A DNA stretch of 20,195 nucleotides, from positions 1 through 20,195 of the forward strand of contig NW_021824110.1 in the NCBI RefSeq assembly GCF_006345805.1. Reading direction: 5' to 3'. The notes below the pieces were generated by a model. That model was not told the origin of the DNA and ran no database searches. It saw only the letters and a list, made by a program, of their open reading frames with translations. Positions 8,961 through 17,196 of the stretch are shown piece by piece. This DNA is from Octopus sinensis (taxonomy: Eukaryota). Position 1 is the stretch's first letter. The number at the start of each line of letters is the position of its first letter. Both the position numbers and the translations under genes were made by a program.

Positions 8961-9563
8961 GACTATACAATGAATAGTATACATTGGCTGCTCCTCAACC
9001 CCACCCCAAATGGTCAACTGTGTGATCATAAGCAAACAATATCCATATGAAAGGCTCTTAAAAACGGGTGCTTAGCTCTGTTCTTCTCGGGTTAAATGAA
9101 GAGGATATGAATTTTCCCTTTTAATACGTACTGCCCAGCTGAATGCTCTGACGGTTCTATTAATGAATAGCATTGAAATAAGTATATTACTAAGATCATG
9201 GGCCTGCTTGATCGGGCTGGATGACCGGAGCAACAATATTATCGAATGATTCTCTATGCCAGTAGTGCTCAAGCGTTGCAATGTTGAGAGAATCTAAGTA
9301 CGCCGCAGATTTTGAAAGATATAATTTAAGCGTTTAGAAAATCCATACATATGCTTGAGTATCGCGAAAAATAGTTTATTTAAAAAACTACTTTCTACAA
9401 GATTTAGTCGAAAAATACAACCGTACTTTAAACCTGTAGCGTTTCTTTTCTTTCTTTTTTTCATGCTTCTTTCTTTATTTTGATAAATGGCTCACCCGAA
9501 ACGTCACTTTACTTCATTTTTTTTTACCCCGTTTTCCGTCGTACTATTCATAATAAGCAACAT

Positions 9564-9934
9564 GTGGAGGCGCAATGGCCCAGTGGTTAGGGCAGCGGAC
9601 TCGCGGTTTCGATTCCCAGACCGGGCGTTGTGAGTGTTTATTGAGCGAAAACCCCTTAAGCTCCACGAGGCTCCGGCAGGGATGGTGGTGATCCCTGCTG
9701 TACTCTTTCACCACAACTTTCTCTCACTCTTACTTCTTGTTTCTGTTGTACCTGTATTTCAAGGGGCCGGCCTTGTCACTCTCTGTGTCACGCTGAATCT
9801 CCCCGAGAACTGCGTTAAGGGTACACGTGTCTGTGGAGTGCTCAGCCACTTACACGTTAATTTCACGAGCAGGCTGTTCCGTTGATCGGATCAACCGGAA
9901 CCCTCATCGTCGTAACCGACGGAGTGCTTCCACC
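9564..9934 (+). mobile_element. tRNA-derived SINE family C, tail variant 2, with perfect 12-bp TSD
   Basis: A-box TGGCCCAGTGG and B-box-like GGTTTCGATTCCC. TSD AATAAGCAACAT at 9552-9563 and 9935-9946. The 5' portion is shared with 8032-8220. Confidence 0.92.
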
Positions 9935-10219
9935 AATAAGCAACATTTTATGTTAACTTTTTTGTGTTTACATCTTATCCATCTTTTGAATTTTTGTCTA
10001 CCTGTTGTTACTTCTTAAGGTGTCCAACTGTCTCTTTTCCCCTCATTCCGTTTATGCTATTTTACCTATCAGTATTTTGTTGTATAAGATTAAAATAAAA
10101 AGGCAAGCAAAAGTATTAGTTATAATTTTTCTGAATTTTAAAACTTTTAAAACAATGGTTTTTATTTATTTATTTACACATTCTATATGAAAGGAATCAG
10201 TAATATTTTGTTGGATCTA

Positions 10220-10652
10220 AGGCGGCGAGATGGCAGAATCGTTGGCGCGCTGGACGACATGTTTAGCGGTATTTCGCCCATCGCTACGTTCTGAGTTGAA
10301 ATTCCGCCGAGGTCGACTTTGCCTTTTATCCTTTCGGGGTCGATAAATTAAGTACCAGTTACGCACTGGGGTCGATGTAATCGACTTAATACCTTTGTCT
10401 GTCTTTGTTTGTCCCCTCTATGTTTAGCCCCTTGTGGGTAATAAAGAAATAAGAATCGTTACCGTGCCGGACAAAAGGCTTAGAGGCATTTCGTCCGTCT
10501 TCAAGTTCTGAGTTCAAATACCGTCGAGGTTGACTTTGCTTTTCTTCCTTTCCAGGTCGATAAAATAAGTACCAGTTGAGTATTGGGATCGATGTAATCG
10601 ACTTATCTCCTCCCTTGAATATGCTGGCCTTGTGCCAAAATTTGAAGCCAAT
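10220..10652 (+). mobile_element. SINE-B copy joined head-to-tail to an older SINE-B subfamily copy
   Basis: Unit 1 ends ...GTAATAAAGAAATA at 10451. Unit 2 restarts at AGAATCGTT (10452-10460, repeat of 10235-10243) and ends in a different tail, ...CTGGCCTTGTGCCAAAATTTGAAGCCA. Confidence 0.88.
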
Positions 10653-11159
10653 CTTTTGTTGGGTCTTTAATACACCGCGAAGTAAAAGGTGGATTGAAAC
10701 CAAAAAACCGTCTTATAAAACAAATGGACAGTGTGGATAGTGTTACCCTGGAGACAGAAGACAAAAACGGGGGTAGATTTAAGAGATAGAAAAAGCTGGA
10801 CAAAAATGTCTTTGGTGTTGGATCTGTTCCACGAAATCTTGTCTTGAAACTGAACAGCTACAACCACAACAAAAAGAAAAACACCTGCAGCTTAATTGAA
10901 CTCAGGTTCTGAGAGTAGCTAGCCAAGTGCTATTCTGTTTCTACGTTGTGATAAGAAATGAATATGTGATGAACTGAGGGTAGTGAAAAAATCAACAGCA
11001 ACGCTACATCGCCAGACTAAATGCTTGACGTTATTTGTAGAGTGCTCTTCATGCTGAGTTGCATGTTTAATAGAATCATGAAAAGACCAAAAGTTTCCAG
11101 TGTGATCAAAAAACTCATTAAAAGTTACAGGATGTTTTTATTCATGTCACACTCGGCCA

Positions 11160-11583
11160 AACACACCACATTCACACACACACACTCACACTCACACACA
11201 CTCACGCTCGCACGCACTTACACACATTCACACATTTACGCACACATATACTCTTTTAGGTGTGTGTGTGTGTGTGTGTGTGTGCGTGTGTGTGTGCGTG
11301 TGTGTGGGTGCGCGTGTGTTTAGTATAGGTGTCATTCGTCAAGCAGTTAAGGTGTCTGGAAATTAAAAAAATACTCAGCACGTTTGCAGACATAATGTTT
11401 TGTGTATGTGTGTGTTGTGTGTGTTGTATGTGTGTGGTTGTGTGCATATGTGTGTGCATGAATCATGTATCTATACAAATATATATATATATATATATAT
11501 AAAGCTGAACAAAAATGTCTTTGTGTGTGTTGTATGTGTGTGTGGTTGTGTGTATGTGTGTGTGCATGAATTCATGTATCTAT

Positions 11584-11637
<54 letters not shown>

Positions 11638-11801
11638 ATATAATATATATATATAATATATATATATATATATACATATATATACATACATACATACATA
11701 CATACATACTAACATACTCACATATTTGTGAATATATTGCAAGTATGCGTGTGTACACACACACAAGCACACACACACACACATTGTATATATAAACTAC
11801 A

Positions 11802-11835
<34 letters not shown>

Positions 11836-12005
11836 CATGCACACATACATATAAATATATTTATAGACACGCATAGATTTAAATGCGTAAACGCACTCAC
11901 ATTTAAATATATTTTCATGTATACGCATCACTTTCTCTCTCCCTTTCTCTCTCTTGCCCTCTCTTTCTTTCTTTCTTTCTCTCTCTCTCTCTCTCTCTCT
12001 CCCTT
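11160..12005. repeat. Block of (CA)n, (GT)n, (TA)n, (TACA)n and (CT)n microsatellites containing a ~100-bp tandem duplication
   Basis: Direct inspection; duplicated units begin at 11415 and 11521. Confidence 0.9.
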
Positions 12006-12120
12006 CTTTTACTCCTTTCATTTTCATCCCTTTGATAGTGGTGACTGCAAATTGAGGGGAAGTAAATCACCACCTTCCCTCCTGTAATACTTCTCCCTTC
12101 TCTCCTAACCTAAGGCTAGT

Positions 12121-12126
12121 AATAGC

Positions 12127-12178
<52 letters not shown>
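12121..12178. repeat. (AAT)n microsatellite
   Basis: Direct inspection. Confidence 0.95.
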
Positions 12179-12179
<1 letters not shown>

Positions 12180-12272
12180 AATAAAATAAAGAAAAACAGC
12201 AGGCTCCCTAAATCTACTGCAGTTCGTTGCATCCCTGCTTTAACTACATACATGCATCGTATATATACGCCA

Positions 12273-12349
12273 GTCACGTGGCGTAATTCGTACCAGCACA
12301 GACTGTATTTGTTGGAGGAAGAGAAGGTAGACTGTTCTGTCACGTGACA
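12273..12349. promoter_or_regulatory. Pair of GTCACGTG E-boxes (CLEAR/USF-type)
   Basis: GTCACGTGGC at 12273-12282 and the perfect palindrome TGTCACGTGACA at 12338-12349, in non-repetitive sequence. Motif match only. Confidence 0.3.
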
Positions 12350-12389
12350 TAATTTGCGCAGTGTATCTTGGAGAATATGGTAGGCTTAC

Positions 12390-12513
12390 GTTCTTTACAA
12401 GCCGAATCCACTGTACATAATCACAATCTGCTGGTTCTTGCGTAAAGAAAACTTGACACACTCCTTCACCTCCACCCAGTTTCGACACAGTAACACCCTT
12501 AGACCTTAGGGCT
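12390..12513 (-). CDS. Candidate 124-bp internal exon, product unknown
   Basis: Acceptor TTATTTCTTATTTTTTTTAG and donor AAC|GTAAGC. Only one frame is open: ALRSKGVTVSKLGGGEGVCQVFFTQEPADCDYVQWIRLVKN. No family recognised. Confidence 0.3.
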
Positions 12514-12904
12514 CTAAAAAAAATAAGAAATAACGACGTAGCCCGGTTGAGGTTGATACTGTTGATACTCTTTAATTTAAGAATTCTACAAATTCTGAGG
12601 CCCAAAAGTAGCGTTCGGAGAATATGGTTATGAACATAGTGCTATTCTCGCAGTGTTATTTTTTTCTGAAGACCAGAAAAGAAACTGCGGGCTGCTTTTA
12701 TTAATCGGTTATTTAGCATGGGGGGGAGTGCCAACGATCCCTTTTATGGCCTTCAAAAAGTGTGGGAAGATTTCTTCAATCTCGGGGGTTTGTTCTAAGT
12801 AATTGCATCATATTGGGCACCCTAAAATCATCCAAGGTGCTAGCCATTGGGTGTTAAACCGAGTGACGGATTAAGTCTGACATCCAAGCAGGCCATGAAG
12901 GGTT

Positions 12905-13400
12905 TTGAACCAACTCAGAACATAAAGAGCAGGAACAAAAACCTATTTCTTTACTACCCACAAGGGGCTAAACACAGAGGGGACAAACAAGGACAGACAA
13001 ACGGATTAAGTCGATTATATCGAACCCAGTGCATAACTGGTACTTAATTTATCGACCCCGAAAGGATGAAAGGCAAAGTCGACCTCGGCGGAATTTGAAC
13101 TCACAACGTAACGGCAGACGAAATACCTATTTCTTTATTATCCACAAGGGGCTAAACACAGAGGGGACAAACAAGGACAGACAAACGGATTAAGTCGATT
13201 ATATGGACCCCAGTGCGTAATTGGTACTTAATTTATCGACCCCGAAAGGATGAAAGACAAAGTCGACCTCGGTGGAATTTGAACTCAGAACGTAATGGCA
13301 GACGAAATACGGCTACGCATTTCGCCCGGCGTGCTAACGTTTCTGCCAGCTCGCCGCAGGAACAAATACCGCGAGGCATCTTGTCTGACATTAATAATTC
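12905..13400 (-). mobile_element. Old SINE-B head fragment serving as insertion target
   Basis: Rejoining the flanks of the 12944-13355 insertion gives (reverse complement) CTGGACGAATTATTAATGTCAGACAAGATGCCTCGCGGTATTTGTTCCTGCTCTTTATGTTCTGAGTT. This aligns with the SINE-B head CTGGCAGAATCGTT...GGACAAAA.GCTTAG.GG.ATTTCG...GTTCTGAGTT. Confidence 0.7.
12944..13355 (-). mobile_element. SINE-B, head + two tandem 184-bp bodies, with 15-bp TSD
   Basis: TSD GCAGGAACAAAAACC (12929-12943) / GCAGGAACAAATACC (13356-13370). The internal junction reads AAAGAAATA|GGTATTTCG on the minus strand at about 13127. Confidence 0.93.
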
Positions 13401-13424
13401 GTCCAGTCCATAGTCGTACAAAAG

Positions 13425-13490
13425 TACTTTATTTTATCGATCTCCGCCATGAAAAGTAAATTCGATCCCGGCGTAATTTGAATAAGAATA
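13425..13490 (-). mobile_element. Degenerate SINE-B-like core fragment
   Basis: Reverse complement TTCAAATTACGCCGGGATCGAATTTACTTTTCAT...GATCGATAAAATAAAGTAC resembles the SINE-B core. Confidence 0.45.
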
Positions 13491-13574
13491 CACTACTTCT
13501 TGAGTGGAAGATATTAAATGTGGTCGGCTTTGACAACACTGATGTACGAAAATAAATCAAAATCAAGCTATGCT

Positions 13575-13810
13575 GGTGAAGGCGTGTTATCTGGTCTAGT
13601 GGTTAGGACGTTGCACGCACGATTGTAAGATCGTAGTTTCGATTCTCCGTCAGGGTGATGCGTTGTGTTCTTGAGCAAAACATTTCGTCTCACGTTGTTC
13701 CAGTCTGCTCAGCTGTAAACGAGTAATTCAGCGATGGGTAATGCTATTATCTCGGACGCTTATATTCACCGTTAAAATCGAGTAACCGGGCCTATGAGTC
13801 CTCGGACTCC
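13575..13810 (+). mobile_element. SINE family D, diverged copy
   Basis: GGTGAAGGCGTG...GGTCTAGTGGTTAGG...GTTTCGATTCTCC...GTTGTGTTCTTGAGCAAAACA...TTCCAGTCTGCTCAGCTGTAAACGAG, homologous to the reverse complement of 2641-2784. Confidence 0.75.
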
Positions 13811-14027
13811 ACACAGAAATATCGAAGGGTTGATGATGTTAATGATGATGATGATGATTATGATGACGACATGCTAATCTGCTTGGCGACAGTAAAAATA
13901 TATGCATATATAAATAGATCAATAAATAAAAGAAATCTTTTATCAGTAGCCGTCATTTTCTGATAAAGAGTATTGCAGCACATTTGACTTAAACTTTTCA
14001 ATTATTGTTTTGTAATATTCTCAATAG

Positions 14028-14075
14028 AACACACCTTCAGATGAAGAGTTGCAAATTTCTCGAGTTTTGCCCGGT
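14028..14075 (+). CDS. Weak candidate 48-bp exon
   Basis: Acceptor TTTTGTAATATTCTCAATAG and consensus donor GGT|GTAAGT. Phase 0 reads NTPSDEELQISRVLPG. Confidence 0.2.
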
Positions 14076-14737
14076 GTAAGTGTGCTAAAGACCATCTCGA
14101 ACATTCCAAATAATCCACTAATCCTGACAATAATTCACTGCTCATTTAATCCACAAACAACAGCAAAATTCAAGCAAATAAGGGAGATGCATGATTCCTC
14201 GAAATCGCAAGCAAATTTCCTTCAAATTACACCGTACTGTCTTGAAAAGGGAAAAAAGATGCCTATAAAAATGCAGGTTAAACATGGCATGGAATGCCTT
14301 TCATCATACAGTCGGTTCTGACGCGGAGATAAAGTTTTAACTTTTAAACGAATGACAACATCAAGCAAAAATTATATTTCGAACAATGACGGATTATTTG
14401 CTGTCAGCAGATTTCTTCTATATTATTTTGCATAAAAGCACACGCACACACACTTGCATGCGTCTTTCAGTTTCGCCACCCACCAGTTACTGCTCGACAA
14501 AGCGATGTGTTACTTCAAGACGAGGTGATATTTCAAAAGTGTCATGAATTTGCGATATTTATTTACCCATTCCTTGGAATTTCGTTTCTGTTAAAATCTT
14601 GCTAAATCAATTTACTGAGGAAAATATATATTTTTTTTTCAATTAAATTTGTAAAACCATATTCGCAGCATTGTGGTATGTATATGTATATGTATGTGTG
14701 TGTATGTATGTATATGTGTATTATGTGTGTGTGTGTC

Positions 14738-15006
14738 ATCGCAGAGTATACACGCAGCAAGTATAGATGGGCTGGACACGTCGCCCGGCTCACCGATAAT
14801 CGGTGGACGCACGCAGATGTCGAGTGGTACCCGCGTGAGCGGAAAAGACCACCCGGAAGACCTCCACGACGGTGGAATTACGATTTCAGGAGGACGATTG
14901 GGATCACGTGGATGAGAAAGGCGCGATCCAGAGAGGAGTGGACAGCGTGCTGTGACCAGCGGTGTCAAATGGACGCCTGACGGACTGGTCGGTCAAAGTG
15001 ATCCAA

Positions 15007-15010
<4 letters not shown>
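14738..15010 (+). mobile_element. RTE-clade LINE, 5'-truncated 3' end (ORF C-terminus + 3' UTR)
   Basis: IAEYTRSKYRWAGHVARLTDNRWTHADVEWYPRERKRPPGRPPRRWNYDF... carries the RWAGHVAR / RWT / EWxPR / KRxxGRPxxRW motif series of RTE ORF ends. Stop at 14980, short tandem tail CAAAGTGATCCAAGTGA. Confidence 0.9.
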
Positions 15011-15042
<32 letters not shown>

Positions 15043-15110
15043 AAATGGGACAAGAACGCAAAACATTAAAATGGACGATACAAAAAACACGGACGGGTCA
15101 TTCGAAGCCT

Positions 15111-15665
15111 GTTGAGTCAAAAGTCGTGCAATATTTTTGTAACCGTTTGCTTTATTTGTCAAGTTACAACAAAAGCAACATAGCATTCAAAGTAGAAGCC
15201 GTCGAGTTGCACTGTATAAAACCACCTTTCTGCCAGTTCTTTAACTACACGCTGATACCTTGTTCTTCGAGGCGAAGAACTCTTTCACTGAAGCTCCCAT
15301 TTCTTCTTGAGTCTTGAAGCGTCGGGAGTTATGTTGGTGTAGCATCTGTTCGTCTCACTCAACTTTCTGGAGTTTATTTTGGATCGTATGAGCGATAAAA
15401 GTTTTGCATTGCCTTGTTGCAGAAGGTCGCTTTCTGTTAAACAATACCGAGTATTTTTGCCGCACAATAACATACATCCGTTCCGGCTGTTCGGAGTACA
15501 AGTTGGCACCCATGGTTCGACCGTCCGTAACGAACTCATAGTGAATCATTCCCTCGTAATCCAACCAAACACAGAGCATCACCTTGTGTTCAAAACGTCT
15601 ATGTTTGGCGATAGGTTCCGAAAGCTGCCCCTTGCTTAACCGCCGCTTATGCACGTTGAGATTAT
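15111..15665 (-). mobile_element. mariner (DD34D-like) transposase pseudogene, central + C-terminal part and right end
   Basis: KVMLCVWLDYEGMIHYEFVTDGRTMGANLYSEQPERMY...KYSVLFNRKR, then RRFKTQEEMGASVKEFF. Frameshifts, stops, and deletion of the PYSPDLAPSDY segment. Confidence 0.88.
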
Positions 15666-15683
15666 GGGAAAATCTCAAGTAAT

Positions 15684-15954
15684 AATCCCTCGGATTATTG
15701 CTTGTTCTGAACCCATGTTTCACTTCCTGCAATCACGATACTTCATCAGCCAAGAGGAGGTGGAATCTTCGGTGGACGAGTTCTTCACCTCGAAGGACAA
15801 GAACTGGTATCAGTGTGGAATCAAAGAACTGCCAGAACGGTGGCTTCAGACGGTGCAACACGATGGCCTCTATTTTAAATGCTGGGCTGCTTTGTTGTTA
15901 CTTGACGGCTAAAGCAAAGGAATGACCAAAATATGGCAAAACTTTTCAACACTG
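15684..15954 (+). mobile_element. mariner transposase C-terminus + right end, second copy in opposite orientation
   Basis: NPSDYCLF, then (frameshift) MFHFLQSRYFISQEEVESSVDEFFTSKDKNWYQCGIKELPERWLQTVQHDGLYF. End ...GGCAAAACTTTTCAACACTG followed by TA. Confidence 0.88.
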
Positions 15955-16029
15955 TAGAATACTATTTCCAAGCTTCTATTTAGATCTTAGGAAACCAGTG
16001 TTACAAATCAGAAATACCAAAATATAGTT

Positions 16030-16081
16030 TCTTTGTTTTCTTCCTTCTTTCCTTCCTTTATTTATTTTTTTATTTATCTAT

Positions 16082-16116
<35 letters not shown>

Positions 16117-16275
16117 TTCCATTCTTTCATTCTTTTATTCGTTCATTCTTTCTTTCTTTGTTGCATTCATTTTTCTCTCTTCTATTTCTCCACAACGCAC
16201 CAACGCACGCGTACACACGCATACACACATAAACACACACACACACGCAAATACACACACATCTATTTATGTATA

Positions 16276-16307
<32 letters not shown>

Positions 16308-16511
16308 AGTGTGCATTTGTGTAATATATATAGTATACATATATGTGTGCATGTGTGTGTATGTGTGTACGTATGCACACACATGCATGTATGTATATGT
16401 TTCTGTTGTTTGTTAGAGTGTCTGTGTGTGTAAGCATGTATGTATTTCTTTATGTGTGTATGTATGTCTGTATGTATGTATATATGTATGTGTGTGTATG
16501 TATGTATGTAT

Positions 16512-16545
<34 letters not shown>

Positions 16546-16620
16546 TGTATGTATGTATGTATGTATGTATGTGTGTGTGTGTATGAATGTATGCATGTAT
16601 GTATGTGCGTATGCGTATGT
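16030..16620. repeat. (TTTA)n, (CA)n, (TA)n and (TATG)n microsatellites
   Basis: Direct inspection. Confidence 0.93.
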
Positions 16621-17196
16621 CGGTGTTGTTCTCTTGTGGTTACATAATATATTTTCCTGTGGTTCCAATAGGTGGAGTTCTTGCCAGGGATTTTAATAGT
16701 CACGTTCTTCTGCTGTGGTTTCACTAGCCGCTATCTCTCATTGTATATTTTCCTGTTACAATTACGTAGCTGTTAAAATTGCTTCCGGGCTGTGATTATG
16801 GATAAAAGACAAAACTCTAACCAGATGTACTGTTCATGCTCATACAACGCAATATCCATTCTATGCATTCTGTGACTGTTTATTACATTAGTTCTCACTA
16901 GTGAAGGTAACATCATGTCTACGTGCAAACGAAAAAAAATATTCCTAATTTGATGTTATTGTACAGTTGAAATTTAATTTCACTGACATTTTTCTCCTCG
17001 CTCAGATGATTAAAGATAAATTGCTTTGAAACAACAATCCGTATGAACTAGCAACATTGTTTGGTATCTTTGCAGGAGATCTTGCAATAACGTTCAGCCA
17101 GTATTATCATGAAAGGAATTCATCGAGGCAAAATACAATTAGGAGACCGAACATATGATATCTGCCTGAAGCACCGACACATTATTAAGTTTGGCC

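Larger units (their letters stand above)
7878..9159. mobile_element. Non-autonomous TIR DNA transposon (TAG...CTA termini, TTAA TSD), superfamily uncertain, with nested SINEs
   Basis: Left TAGAACCATTAGAGCATTCAGCTGGGTA (7878-7905) versus reverse complement of 9132-9159 TAGAACCGTCAGAGCATTCAGCTGGGCA: 25/28 identical, all mismatches transitions. TTAA at 7874-7877 and 9160-9163. Confidence 0.7.

Noticed and set aside
7874-9163. piggyBac assignment from the TTAA TSD
   Set aside because: The termini are TAG...CTA, not the CCY...RGG typical of piggyBac.
10670-10900. Lys-rich, protein-looking plus frame (HREVKGGLKPKNRLIKQMDS...LDKNVFGVGSVPRNLVLKLN)
   Set aside because: It is interrupted by a stop and has no recognisable domain; it may be a decayed TE ORF but cannot be supported.
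12370-12628. 12-bp direct repeat GGAGAATATGGT (12370-12381, 12617-12628) as a TSD
   Set aside because: The enclosed sequence has no TE hallmarks, and a single 12-mer match at this distance is compatible with chance.
14985-15010. Similarity of the RTE tail (GTCAAAGTGAT..CAAGT) to the SINE-A tail (GTCAAATGAC..CAAGT)
   Set aside because: Too short and gapped to claim a SINE-LINE partnership without consensus alignment.
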